Notes: generated by a model not told the origin, from the letters alone. 64,000 bases of DNA from Vicugna vicugna (GCA_013265495.1 MU059126.1:12646291-12710290); one strand, 5' to 3'. Positions 11,431-24,437 are shown, counted from the stretch's first letter. A program made the numbers and translations.

Positions 11431-12899
11431 GGGGGAGCTGTGTTTAGAAATCAAAAGGCAGATGTGAAGTGCTCTTGAGTGCTGAATGTCCCCTGGCCAC
11501 GTGTTACAGGAAATGTGCCCCTCGTGGCCGCATCACTCTCCTGTGGGTTCCAGGAAAATCACACTCAGCCACTGTTTTGTTCAGGGTTGTGTATGAATCA
11601 TGATCTGTGCTAGGTTTCTCTGTCCCTTTCTCGTTTTGGATCAGTCTGTATTTATCAAAGCCAGCTGACTCAGGAAAGAACTGGAGCACAGAGTCAAACA
11701 GCTAGAGAATTTCCCACACTCCCCAGCTGTGGACTCTCAGAAGAGGAGTGTGTCCTAAATGGACAGAGCCAGAGGTCCTGCGTTTTAACTGCTTCCTGTC
11801 CTATGGCTCACATAAACAGCAGGTATGACTCCCAGCTTACGAGCTTAGCTGTGAAAAAAAAAAAAAAAGAAAGAAAGAAAAGAAACCACGAAACAAAAAT
11901 TTTAAAATCCCTCTATTTGTTTATCTTTTTTTAAATCCACTTGGTTCTAATTCAGAGTCCACACCTCCTGGCTAACTGACGGTGGACGGGCTACTAGAGA
12001 TGCTGGACATCCCGGACGCTCTGTAACAACACAGCCTCAGGGAAGCTTCTCTGATCATGAACGTTAACCTGTGCTGGTTACTACTGAGGGTCCATGGTGC
12101 CTGCAGCCCACACCATCCCTCTAGTTCTGATGGCACCAATTCCTTAGAGCCATGCTTGGAGCCTGAGACCTTTGGGAAGGCTGGGCCTTCTGGTGTCTTG
12201 AGGGATCCCAAGCACTCATTCCCCTTGGCCGTCTGGACGTCTTCCAAGGGCACTTCCAGGGACAGCTCAAATCTCTGCTCCTTAGGGTACACAGACACAT
12301 ACACACACATAACTGTCTCCAAAACTCCCCTTTTTCATCCAAAGTCAAAATGCTCTTCTTTCTACTCTTGTTTCCCTCCCTCTCCTCTCCCTGCCAAAAA
12401 GAAGTCTAGTATCATCTATTCAACTGACCAAGACTTTTGAGATCAAAAGCCCCAGAGGGATCTAACTGTCCCTTCTCTTTTTTCGTTTACTTCTGACCAT
12501 TCCCAGAGGCAGGAGAGCAAGCCTTGTTGCTTATTTGGGTGAAGGAAAGGAAAAGAAAAATCCATGGGGAAACCACGTACATCAACATGTCTGTAGCTGA
12601 TTTGACCACAGCTCTGTGCTACTTGACTTGCAGAGCAGTGAGCAGGGTAGTCAAGTCGGGTTTTGCCTAGCTAAATGTCTGATATCATATATCAAAGGAT
12701 GACAACCATCTCATAATAGCATGTGTTTATAGATAATTAGAAGTTAGGCATAAAAGGAAATTGCCGCTGCGGTGTTTGTATTTGAGCAGAATCGATAAGG
12801 GCGAGGTGTGAGAAAGACAAGGCTGCAAGAATGCATCGCAAGCCATCCAGCCTTTCCCCAGAGAGCCTAACTTGGCATCCGACAGCACACAGGGGGAAG

Positions 12900-13110
12900 A
12901 GATGCAGTTACAATAGCCATCATTCACTGGGCATTTACTGTATGCCAGTAACTCTGTAATATTATCATATTTAAACTTCCCAAAAAGGTGAAACGTGAGG
13001 CCCATGTGGGAAAAAAATTCGTTACTTTCACTGCCCCAGCCCACAGTCATAAACAGTGCCTGGCACATTATAGGTGTTCCATATGTATTTGTTAAAAGAA
13101 TGAATAGACT
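12900..13110. mobile_element. MIR/L2 fragments
   Basis: cactgggcatttactgtatgccag; cagtgcctggcacattataggtg...gaatgaat. Confidence 0.55.
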
Positions 13111-13683
13111 GGATTATCTGAATTATCTCCACCTTATAGATTAAAAACTGAGATTCGGAGAGGGGGACGGCAATCACATAGGAAAAGAGAGAGAATTTGG
13201 ACCTAGATCTGCACCAAAGATTCTACTCTTTCCAGTCTAAATCCTGGGAATTGACCAAGGAAAATGATTCAGGTTATGAAACTCAGAAATGAAACGGGAG
13301 CATCTTCATAGAAATGGTATTTCAAAATAAACTATCTGCCAACAAATCAGATAACCTAGGTGAGATGAACGAATTCTTGGACACCAACTACTGAAGCAGA
13401 CTCACTCAAAAAGAAAAGGAAAATTTGACTAGACACGAAACAAGTAAAGAGATCGAGCTGGTACTTTTAAAACTTCCTCAAAAAAGAAGCCCAGGCGCCA
13501 AGATGGCTTTCCTGGTAAATTCTTCTAAACATTTAATGAAAAATTAGTAACAATTCGCCACAGAATCTTCTGAAAAAATGGAAGAGGAGGGAACACTTTC
13601 CAACCAGTGCAACCCTGATACAAAATCCTGACAAAGACATCAATCACAAGAAAAAAAAAGACCAGTATCTCTTAGGAATAGAG

Positions 13684-13817
13684 NNNNNNNNNNNNNNNNN
13701 NNNNNNNNNNNNNNNNNNNNNNNNNNNNNNNNNNNNNNNNNNNNNNNNNNNNNNNNNNNNNNNNNNNNNNNNNNNNNNNNNNNNNNNNNNNNNNNNNNNN
13801 NNNNNNNNNNNNNNNNN
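13684..13817. other. Assembly gap (134 N)
   Basis: Run of N inside the L1M. Confidence 1.
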
Positions 13818-14237
13818 AATCAATGTGAAAACATCGTATCCATGGAATAAAAAAAAACACACCATAATTATCTCAATAGATATAGAAAAGGATTTTAAAA
13901 ATCCAGCAACCTTTCATGATAAAAATGCACAATGAACTTCGAATGCAAGGAAACTTCTTCAACCTAATAAAACCCACAGCTAACATCATACTTAACAGGG
14001 AAAGACTGAATGTTTTCCTCTAAGATCAGGAATGACACAAAGGTAGCCATTCTCATCACCTCTATTCACCATTGTACTGAAGATTCTAGCCAGGCCAATT
14101 AGATAAGAAAATGAAATAGAGGGCATTTCTATTGGAAAGGAATAAATTAAGCTACCTCTGTTGGCAAATTGCATGATCTTATATATAGATAATCTTAAGA
14201 AACCCGCGAAAAAACCAACTGTATTCCTATACACTAG

Positions 14238-14614
14238 TGTAATGGACTGAATGTTTGCATTTCCCCAAAATTCTATGTTGAAGCCCTAAGCCCCAATGTG
14301 ATGCTATTTGGAAGTCGGGTCTTTGGGAAGAAATCAGGTTTAGCTACGCTCATAAAGGTAAAGTCCTCGTGATACAATTAGTGCCTTTATAAGAAAAGAC
14401 CCAAGTGCTCCCCTCCACCCTCTCTCTCTTTCTCTCTCTCTCTCTCTTCCGTGTGAGGATATAGCAGGAAGGCAGCCATCTGCAAGCCACAAAGGATCCT
14501 CATCAGACCCTGACCATGCTCGCACTCTGATCTCCGACTTCCCAGCCTTCAGAACTGTGACAGATAAGTGCCTATTGTATACAGTATTTTGTTACGGCAG
14601 CCCATGCTAAGACA
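14238..14614 (+). mobile_element. MLT1A/B-type solo LTR nested in L1M
   Basis: tgtaatggactgaatgtttg...ttgttacggcagcccatgctaagaca; 5-bp TSD actag/aatag; internal (CT)n. Confidence 0.9.
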
Positions 14615-15331
14615 AATAGCAGTGAATAATCAAAAATAAAATTAAGGAAACAATTACTTTAGAATGACATCCAAATGAATAAATCACTTAACAAGAAATT
14701 TTCAAAAAGCTGGGCAAAATATATCCTCTGAAAACTACAAAACATTGTTGAAAGAATTGAGAGAAGATCCAAATAAATGAAAAGACATTTTGTGTTCATG
14801 AACCAAGAAGCAATATTGTTAAGATGACGATACTCCCCAAATTGATCTACAACTTTCACACAATCCCTATCAAAATCTCAGATGTCTTCTTTGCAGAAAT
14901 TGACAAGCTGATTCTAAAATTTATGCAGTAATTTAAGGCATCCACGACAGGTAAAATAATCTTTGAAAAGAACAAAGAAGACTCACACTCCCCAGTTTCA
15001 AAACTTAGTACAAAGTACAGTGATAAGATAGTGTGGTACCGGCATAGGACAGACACACAGATGGAGCAGAATTGGCACAGATGCTGAGACAATTCAGTGG
15101 CAGGGATGAAGAATTGTCTTTTCAACAAATGATGCTGGGAGAACTAGATAGCCACATGCAAAAGAATAAAGTTGTAACCCTTTCTCATCCTACCCACGAT
15201 GCTTAACTGAAAACAGATCGCAGAGCTAAATGTAGGTGAGAAAACTGTTAAAGACTCTTACAAGGAAATAAAGGCATAAATCGTTGTGACCTTGGTTTAG
15301 GCAAAGGCTCCTTGGATAGAACACTAAATAT

Positions 15332-15602
15332 TGAGGACTCTCCTTGGCTGCAAGTGATAAAGAAAATCTGTACCTGCAAGCATGGTCCACCTTGATGTTT
15401 ATCAGCCTCCAATGTCTTTGGAGATAAGGATGTTCATCTCTCCTGGGTGTAGGGAGGGCACCCCTCATCTAAGTATTTTATGACCTACTGCAGGAGGGGG
15501 AAGGTCAGAGGGACCTTCCTATGGCTGCCATTTTCTCAAGCTCTTTTAGCTTAAAATATTACATATGCCAAGTTACCATATTTGGGGTCCTGGACCCCAT
15601 CA
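15332..15602. mobile_element. MER34-like ERV1 LTR (shortened) nested in L1M
   Basis: TG...CA termini, cttaaaatattacatatgccaagttaccatatttgggg end motif, 4-bp TSD atat/acat; L1-like text resumes after it. Confidence 0.65.
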
Positions 15603-15799
15603 ACATCAAACTAACTTTATCCTTTCTCTTCACAATCTCTATAGATGGTAGCAGTCTCTGTTATTCACTTTCCCAGAAATGATTAAATTCATTTAAGCCG
15701 TTTCAACCCTGTTCCCCGCCCCCAGTTTGGTTTGCATGTCTAGATTCATTCAAAATGGGGTAGTCAACACTTAATAAGCACCTAGTGTGTACACACTTC

Positions 15800-16250
15800 A
15801 GGCATGGGAAGTAGAATCCGGGGCCTTCGGTGCCTTGTGTGTACCCCTCAGGCCTGACCACTTCAGTCCTTCTGACTGGTTCCAGTGGACAGTAGTGGCT
15901 TCCTTTTAGTCAGAAATACCAGAAATTTAACAGACACCCTACAGGAGCTCTTAGCCAAAGATTAAGTGATGGCAGTTGGTGTATAAAATCGCCAGCACCC
16001 ACAGCTCTCAGTGGGGTAATTCAGAGGCATATTTTCTACACGGTTTCCCAGAGAACCATAGCAGGTCTAAACTCCAGGAGGCTCCAGTGGGAATAGATGC
16101 TGCCTACCTAGTGATGACACAGTAGGACGTCACTGCCTTCTCCCCCCTGTCTTGTTTCCCCACCACCCTACTGGCTTCCTCACCTCCCAAATAAACTACA
16201 GACACTCAAATCTTTGTTTCGAGAGCAGCTTCTTAGGAAACGAAATTAAT
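15800..16250 (+). mobile_element. LTR16-like ERVL LTR
   Basis: cacagctctcagtggggtaattcagaggcat...ctcccaaataaactac...caaatctttgtttcgagagcagcttc; approximate. Confidence 0.65.
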
Positions 16251-16768
16251 GCAAACATCATTCCTGACCACGAAGAATTTATCATCTATTAAAGATTCAC
16301 TATGGGCACAAAAATCACATAAACAAACATGCAGGTTTCCAGTGACCCAAAGAGAATCTTTGGGTTCGTCCAGCCTTCCTTTGAAATCGAATAAATATTC
16401 GATTCAAATTAAATTAAAAATTCACCTTCGCAGTTGAGCACAATGGCTGTCTGTGGTTACCATAGGGGGTTGTTAGCTAATCCCATCAAAGGCTGTCCCT
16501 CTTGCTGAGAGAGCAGAGCCCCCCGCCTGTCCTCTCCACCCTTCCCCACCAGGGGCCACGTCACCATTAGAACCTCACTGATGGCAGACTCAGCAACTAG
16601 AGACACAGAAACCGGCTCGCTTTGGGAGCCAAGAACAGTGTTCCTGTTTTGGTCTTGGAATCAAAGAGAGTGTTCAATATCAGAAGCTATGATTAAATTG
16701 ATAAACCTTTTAAAGTTTAAGGAAAAGTCACTTTCAGCTCTGGTTCTTTCTGAATAGCTTGGAAGGAA

Positions 16769-16789
16769 ACACAGACACACAGTCACACA

Positions 16790-16820
<31 letters not shown>
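16769..16820. repeat. (AC)n microsatellite, imperfect 5' part
   Basis: Perfect (AC)15 at 16791-16820. Confidence 0.95.
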
Positions 16821-16823
<3 letters not shown>

Positions 16824-16879
16824 GTAAGGTTGTTCATTGTCCAGAAGAGTCCTGGACAGTAAGAAAAATCATAAAAATA

Positions 16880-17160
16880 TTACAATAATAGTTAACCTTT
16901 TTTTTGAGTACTTACCATGTACCTACCACTCTCCTCACAGCAACCCTAAGAGTTAGGCATTTTTATCACCCATTTTATAGATGAGCACACTGAGCCTTAG
17001 AGAAGGTAGTCACTTGCTCAAATATTGGGGGAGAAAATAAATAGAAGCTCCATGAGAACAGGAATTTCGTCTTGTTTGTGACTGCATCCTGTAGCATCTT
17101 GCTTAGTATGTAATCAGTGTTAGACACACGTTTATTGGATATTGGCTGAATGTTCAAACT
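16880..17160. mobile_element. MIR (-) plus L2 (+) fragments
   Basis: cccattttatagatgagcacactgagcc; aagctccatgagaacaggaa. Confidence 0.65.
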
Positions 17161-17199
17161 CTGGCCAGAGGACCAAGTATACAATATCAAAGGAATGAC

Positions 17200-17320
17200 A
17201 TAGGGTGGCGACAGCAAACTTTCTCAGTAAAGGGTCAGAGAGCAAATACTTCAGGCTTTGCAAGCCGTAAGGTCCTGTCATAACTACCCGGCTCGGCCAT
17301 TGCAATGGGAAAGCAGCTGT
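17200..17320. mobile_element. MER58-like hAT MITE fragment
   Basis: cagcaaactttctcagtaaagggtcagagagcaaatacttcaggctttgc. Confidence 0.7.
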
Positions 17321-17547
17321 GTCACATCAAAACATTGAAAAATGCCTAGAAATATGCATACCAGGTGAACAGTAATCAATTTCAAGGAGGACTATTTTAG
17401 CAAATAGGGCTGGGGGGTGTGGGTGAGACGAGAGAGGTAGTTTTGCTTTTCAGATTTTATACTTATTACACTTTTTGTGTTGTATTGACAGCAAACACGT
17501 TTTACTTTTAAAATTACGAAGAGTTTGATAATAATGTCTTCATTCTG

Positions 17548-17559
17548 GTCTCGCGAGAC
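17548..17559. promoter_or_regulatory. 12-bp palindrome containing TCTCGCGAGA (BANP/ZBTB33-associated motif)
   Basis: gtctcgcgagac, an exact match to the known CGCG motif; function not shown. Confidence 0.4.
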
Positions 17560-19639
17560 TGGAGTGATAAGTGTCATTAAAACCAAGTAATTGCTGTAGA
17601 GCCGTCTGGACATTTTACTTCCCCTGCTCATCCACAGAGACTAGGTGTCAGAGACAGAAACTGGAGACATTGAGTGCAGCTACCTTTTTGATTTTGCCTT
17701 GAGTGCAACATTTATTCTGTGCGAAAACACGACGGGATGGCCCACGGCAACAGGAGAAGCCAATCTTTGGCTCGTTGGGGTATCACTTCCAATTGCAAAT
17801 GTCACGAGGCGTTCATTCATGAGACAAATCAGCAAGGAAATGTCAAAACATCGGGAGATTGTGAGTAAATAGACTCAGACGCTTTGGTGCAAACTTGCCG
17901 AGAACAGGGGCGGTGGTTTCCATATGCCCCTCCAGACTCCACCGGTAGGAGCCCTCATGAATATTAACTACTTAGACATTTCAGGGTGAACGATGGTGGC
18001 ACAACCCAGCAAGCCAGGCCAACTCGTGTAGAAGGGCCTGGCCCTTGGGTAGGAAGGATTGAAGGGAAGACAGTCCAGTTTGGCAAATCGAAGGCTTTCT
18101 CTGCGAGCCCGAGGAAATGCCCCAAGCAGAGCAATTTTCTCAAAGAAAGGTATTCCATCTCATATGATGGAACTGATGACCGTGCTTTGCAAACTGTGTA
18201 GCATCCTGTTCCTTCTTATTGTGCAAGTAGCTATGTGCATCTCATGACGGTGTCTCTACGTTTCATTCTTGGGACTCAGTGTCTTCTGTTCACCTTGTGC
18301 TTCCCTGTAGCCAGAGCTGAGCCCATTATAACAGGCACCAGGCACATTTTCTTTCTCAGGCAAAACTAACAGAGCCAACTTGCTTCTTTAAAGGTACGGG
18401 AATATTTCAGATTTTCCCTTGAGGATCTGCAGGGTGTGTAAACCTCAAGTGATCTATAGACAGAGAAGTCCTCATGGAAAACTGGAGCCGAAGGGCGTGA
18501 GCAAAACGTGGGTGCAGTTAATAAAACAAGACTGACGTGTATTGATACTTGTTGAAGTGGCATGATGGGTGTATATATAGAGACTTTTCATTCTACTTTT
18601 GTGTCTGTTTGACTTTTCCATAATGAAAGGATAAATAAAGGAAAAATAAGTGGCTGGAGGGTCTCCTGAAGAGGATGGCTGAATTCCAGCATCAGCAGGA
18701 AGGGGCTAATATATTAGCAACATTCCTGTCATTCTGTTCTCAGTTTCCTTACTTAAAAAATGGAGATAACATCAACTCACTGGCTTGTGACAATTAAAGG
18801 AAGAAATGAACGTAAAATTCCAAGCACTGTACCTGAAAGGGTGCGACTATTACTGAAATAAAATATGATAAAAATATTTTTAAAATACCAACTATTGACA
18901 GTGATTGTATTTTAATGGTGGAAACATTTTTAGTTGCTTTCTTTTAACTTTATTTCCCCACTTTCTATACTGAGCATGCAGTTGGGAACAAATGAAATCA
19001 TCTTTACTTGACATGAATGTTGGGTCATCTCTATTCATATACAAAGGGGTCTGAAAAACTTGGACTACGAAACATTCAAAAACGTGCCTAATATTATAAC
19101 TTTAATTCCTCCCTGTCTGAAGTGTAAAGGCTTTTTGAACAGTAACTTTGGTTGGAAGTCCCTTATAAACCAACGGAAAAAAAGCTGAATTATAACAGAC
19201 CCATCTCTCCTACCTCTTGGTTCCCCTCCAAAAAAAAAAAAAAAATTTAAATTAGCTGTTGGCTATTCCTGTGTAAAACCGGTTTGTGATTTTACTTGAC
19301 AAGTGATGGGTTACAGTAACTCACCCTGCAGTTCCCCAGGGATAAACATGAAATATTCTACTTCTGTCAAAGAAGCTAGATTGCTGTTGGGTTTTTTGCT
19401 CCCAAAGCGTGTATCATGAGCCTGTTGCTTCTGCTTTTATTTGGAGCATAAAATACATAGACGACTCTGACTTCCAGGAGTTTTGGTGGTTGACGCTGTT
19501 ATGAAATGGTCTTATACACAGTGTCAGTTAGCAGTTGTCACGGTGATGCTGCGCAAGCAGGTGAAACTGACACAGGACCACAACTTCCTTGAGAGCCGCA
19601 CGATACAGTAACTGCAAGGTCAGTTACTGTAACCCTCAA

Positions 19640-20190
19640 ACTGTCTACAGACAGAGGAAACTCAGATGGAAAACTCAGCAGCCTACAATAATAAGCACAG
19701 ATGTAGCTCCTGAGTCTGCAGGGTACAGCTGATCAGGCTGGGCTAGGCTGAGCTGAGCTGGACTCACCCATTCACATGTCTGGGATCAGCTGACTCTGAG
19801 CTGCCTCAGGGTAGCCTTGGCTGAAACAAAGGGCCCAGGGGCTCTGTTCTTCTCCAAATGTTTTTTGTCTTCCTCCGGGCTATCCTAGACATATTCTCCT
19901 GATGGTAGAAGAGCAAACACCAGCAAAAATGCCCAAGTGATTTTTTTTTCCCTCATCATTTTGTTCAAAATATGTCTCATGTATTCCCCTTATTTTTTTT
20001 TTCCCAAGTGCTTTTTTAAGCATCTGTTGTGTCATGTCTACAAACATCCCCGTGGCTAACTAAAAGACAGGCCAGATTCAAGGGTGAGGAAGTAGACGCT
20101 GACACTTTAGTGAAAGGAATTGCAAAGTCACGTAGCAAAACTTGAGGCCACAGGAGAGGGTAAGGAATTGAGGCCATTCATTGCAATCAA
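19640..20190 (-). mobile_element. MLT1F/H-like LTR
   Basis: ggctgggctaggctgagc...ggaattgcaaagtcac...gaattgaggccattcattgcaatc; approximate. Confidence 0.7.
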
Positions 20191-20629
20191 CATGCCATGT
20201 AAAATTACATAATAAGAACTAGCATTTCTCTGTGATGTTGTATATTCTGTAGAGCATTGCTATATATTTAAACACATCCTTAAGGACTCAAGAGGGTTAA
20301 TTCTTTTAGGAAAGCAGCCATGAGTTTTTTCCAGGCTGAAACCTCTTTTTACTTCCAGCATCTTATCCCCTAATTTGTGCAAATATGCTATGATAGTTTG
20401 AACTTAAATTTCAGAGATCAGTGAGTAAAATTGCTTCTTTGCTTTCTGCACATGCAGTTTGTGGTTGCCTGATAAATGCCATCTAAAAACCCATCTATTA
20501 TTTTCCCCTCCACTAGGAAGCCTCACTGGTCTCTCCAGATAAAATTCCTCATGCCCTCCTCTGATCCATCTTTGTGCCTGTACTTCAGCCTGCTCTCAGC
20601 CTTATGCATTGGGATCTTTCTCCCTAGAG

Positions 20630-20900
20630 CCTGAGCATTGAGGTTCACGGGTTCTGGGATCAGCTGAGCAGAGTTCAAATCCCAGATCTACCATTTTTCA
20701 CGTGTGGAACCTTGGACAACTTGGACAACAACTTGAACAACTTATTCAACTTAGGCTAATGTGCCTCTCTTTTCTCATCTGTATCATGGGAATAATAGTT
20801 TTATTTCCTTAAAGGGGCTATTGAGAGACTTAAGTGAGTATTAAACATTTGATAAAATACAAGACATGGGGTACTAAATAGTATTACCTATTGTTAATTA
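20630..20900 (+). mobile_element. MIR
   Basis: gagttcaaatcccagatctacc...ttttctcatctgtatcatgggaataatag. Confidence 0.75.
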
Positions 20901-22164
20901 TAGTCTTATTATGCTGAATGCTCTTTAGTTGACTTTAGATCACGTGGAGTAAATTTATAACACTGGGTCTAGACTGCCAAAGTGCCCCTAGATCCTGCAG
21001 TCCTAATGGGGTCTTTTCAATTCCGTTGTTCAGACCAAAAGTACAAATAATAGTATAACCAGGACCTAAAAGAGAAGGGAGCAGAAAATTAAGAGCTGAG
21101 CAGTGAGTGGAACGAGCCTCTCAGGACCACCTGGCTCTGACTCTGACATGCAATTCCAGGAAGATGATGAAAATACAGGAGGATCAAAATGTACCCAATT
21201 AATATTCATCTTTATAGATCTCATTTCTAGGTACTGTTTCTTTGTTCCTCTGAGCAGAAGTTTCACGTAAGTCATTTCAATAAGCTCTGTTCGCCAAAAA
21301 CCAAATAATAAGATGACGAGGGACAATGGGAAATAAAATGAAGTGGCAATAACCCATCCCTGAGGCTAGAGGAGACGATGAAATGGAATTACATAAGCCG
21401 CCCCTAAGTCCTCGGTTTGAATGATGCATTTACTTTGAGACGTCTCATCTTCAAAATGGGTGAGCGGAGGATTAGAGGAACTGAGCAGATGGCGTCTCGA
21501 TAAATTAAATTAATACTCTGGAAATGAGGGAGGAGACACATTGTCTACAAAATCCAGAAAGTACTCCTGGATGAATAAAGCGTAGGCTCTATTCTGATGG
21601 ACCTGAAGATTAATTTCAATGCCTGAGTCATTGTCGTTGTTTTAGCATATTTGGGGAGAAAAAGAATCCTTAACAAATGGAAAAATACACTTTAACATTT
21701 ATTCACTGTGTCATAGTGCTACCAAGTAGTTCATTGAGGAGATGCAATTGGTATACAAGTAATAATCATGCTCTTGCTCGTCAAAGAAATTGACTCTGTA
21801 CAATCACATAACTGGGATTTTCAATAGGTAGAATGTATACATAATAAAAGTAAAAAAGTAAAAAATACAAAAACAAAAACAAAAACAAACCAACAACAAA
21901 TAGGGCAAAGTGATCTCCAATGAAAGCTGAGTTTCTCTCCTAACTAATTCTCCATTCTTCAAGGGAAATACTATTACCGGTTTCTTATATTTATTTTCTA
22001 TTCTTATATATGCTTGTATATTCTGATCACTCTGTTACAGCTTAAGAGAATTTTTGTCCCAGATGTGTACCTTCATTTTGCATACATTTTTTTTTCACAA
22101 AAACTGAAACTAAAGTCCTGTAGCTTAGAGAGTTTACCTGCCCCATTTACATTTGGGCAAATTG

Positions 22165-22760
22165 TTAAGTGAATCAGTTCGGATTAGTTTGGTTTCAAGT
22201 GACCAAAAGAAAGCTGGTTTAAGCAAAAAATATGTGTACATGTAAATATAATTAAAATTAAGGAAATAAAACATCAGCTCATGGGAAGATATCCAGGGGG
22301 TAGATCTAACAGCTTCAAACACAACTTGAGGTCTTGGCTCTCATCTTCTCTCTCTCCCTCCCTCGCTCGTTTTTTGGTTCTGTTCTCCACAGGTTGCATC
22401 CAATTTTAGATTCGCGGAGAGACAAAATAGTGGTCAGCTCCAGCCCCACATTCCACCTACTTTCAGATCAAGCAACATGAAAAAGGGTTCTTCTCTCCTC
22501 CAGCTATTCAGGGAAAGCCTAGAGCTTAATTCTGACTCGTCCCAACTGTCTCACGCGCATCCCTGAACCAATCACTGTGCCAAGTCCTTTCCCCGCTAGA
22601 AGCACACGCATCTCTCTTCTCTGCCCCTGCTCCCACAAAGCACATGATCTAAGAGGGTGGAAGCTGCATTGCCCAGAGGAAAACTCAGGCACCATTATCG
22701 GAAGAAGGATGAAATGATGGCAGGCTGCTAGAAATCACAAGAGGTTTGCAGCACTTAACC
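22165..22760 (-). mobile_element. MLT1J/K-like LTR
   Basis: tttggtttcaagtgacc...ccctgaaccaatcactgtgcc...cccagaggaaaactcagg; approximate. Confidence 0.7.
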
Positions 22761-24437
22761 AATTAGGAGAAAGACAAGAGTAGATATCTCTCACTTTGCA
22801 GTAGAAATGAGTCGAATCAAAGATTGGGAGGCTGTAGCTTCCTCTTATAATACCACATAGTTATTTACTTTCAAATCTCATGCCTTATTACAGGATATAC
22901 TTCCACTGGACGAGGAGTATACGTTCTCTCGAAAAGCCAGCCCAATGTTCCTGTTTTCTACAAAACTGATTTGAATTCAACAGCACAATAATTCAGATTT
23001 TGGTCACTTTCCAATTGCTTTCAGAATCATTCCCAGCAAACACAGGGTGATGGCTTTAGATTTTTCTCCCTTTCGGGAAATCCATTATTGGAATGCTTCT
23101 TAGCCACTAAAACTAGCAGTTAAAATTTTCCATCACCCAGAGAAGATAAACAAATACACTAAAACCGATCTGAAATAAAAGTGGTGAAAAGGATACAGAT
23201 GACTTCCAGGAAAACGGGGAAATAACAGTTAAGACTCAAATAGAAGAAGTAAACCAATGGTAACACAAGGTAAAATGTCTCTTCCTTACATGTATGTTTC
23301 CAGTAACATGTAAGACTGCTTTTTATAATTAAAAAAAACTATTCACTAACATGGAAAATATATTGCTTTTAACCTCAAGACTGCAGCAGATTCAGGCAGG
23401 AACAGAGATCACCTAGTCTAGGAATGTGGATGTGTGACAGAGCAGACCCTTGGGAGGAGAATTAACTCAGGTGTTGGCTTAAACATGGAGGTGGCTGGGC
23501 AGGACCAAGATCTAATGAGCTACTGATCTGCAGATGGGATCTGAGAATGTGCATATTAATTAGCTCAATGGGTGACGCTTATGAAGCCTACACTTGAAAA
23601 AACGTCGATCATCTAACTCCTTCACTTTACAAGTAGGGCCACTGAAGTACCAGAAGGGGCAATGACTTGCCGGTAAATGGCAAAGCTGGGACTGAACCCA
23701 TGTGTCTTGACTTTCAGACTCTTAGCTCTTCTCTTGCTTTCCACCTTCCTGTACCTCCATTTCCACAGGGTCACTGAGAGAGAGTCTGGCTGACCAGACT
23801 GTCCAGCTGGTAAGAAATTCTATTAGAAAGATATCTGCTGGGGAAATTACCATGTCACTGAGCTTCACCTGTCCCTTAGAGGATCCGTTTTCCTGACTGT
23901 ACAAAACATCCGTCTGGTTTAATGTCCAGTTAGTTGGTTCTTAAAGTGTTCCAGATAGAGAATGGTGTTTCCTTTGGTTTCAAATAGCCATATATTCCAA
24001 AGATCCAAGATGGGACTCATTCAAGTTCAGGGTACACTGTACCTGAAACGGGTCCACCTCACTGTACAGTTGATTCCTTTTCTGCCATTTACAGTAAAAA
24101 TGAAGAGACACTAAGAAAAGTATTACATTAAAGCCTAGATTATATTTTTTCCTGGCTACCTTAGGTCTTATTTCACCATGCATAGTTTATTTAAAGTGAT
24201 AATTTATCTGAAGGGATGTTTCAAACTGGAATTAAGCAGCCTCCACAATCCTTTACTTACCAATGGATAAGATTTTCTCTTCCTTCTTTTTACTGTGACT
24301 GATTCAACTTTGTATCCTTTGTATCCAGTGTAATGCCTGGTACATAATATCATGGTATTATGTAGAGGTTATACGCCATGTAGTTCAGAGAAAGGACCAC
24401 TAGTGTACCGATAGGCGTTTAATTAGCTGGCTCTTAG

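Larger units (their letters stand above)
13300..15331 (+). mobile_element. Old degenerate L1M ORF2 segment, interrupted by an N gap and an MLT1 LTR
   Basis: Recognisable ORF2/RT-region text (acactttccaac, ataattatctcaatagat, tcaggaatgacacaaaggtagccattctcatcacc, ttcaacaaatgatgctgg) with many stops and indels. Confidence 0.88.

Noticed and set aside
19604-19631. Perfect 11-bp inverted repeat with 6-nt loop (tacagtaactg/cagttactgta)
   Set aside because: Real, but one such stem is not improbable in 64 kb; too short for a pre-miRNA and with no supporting context.
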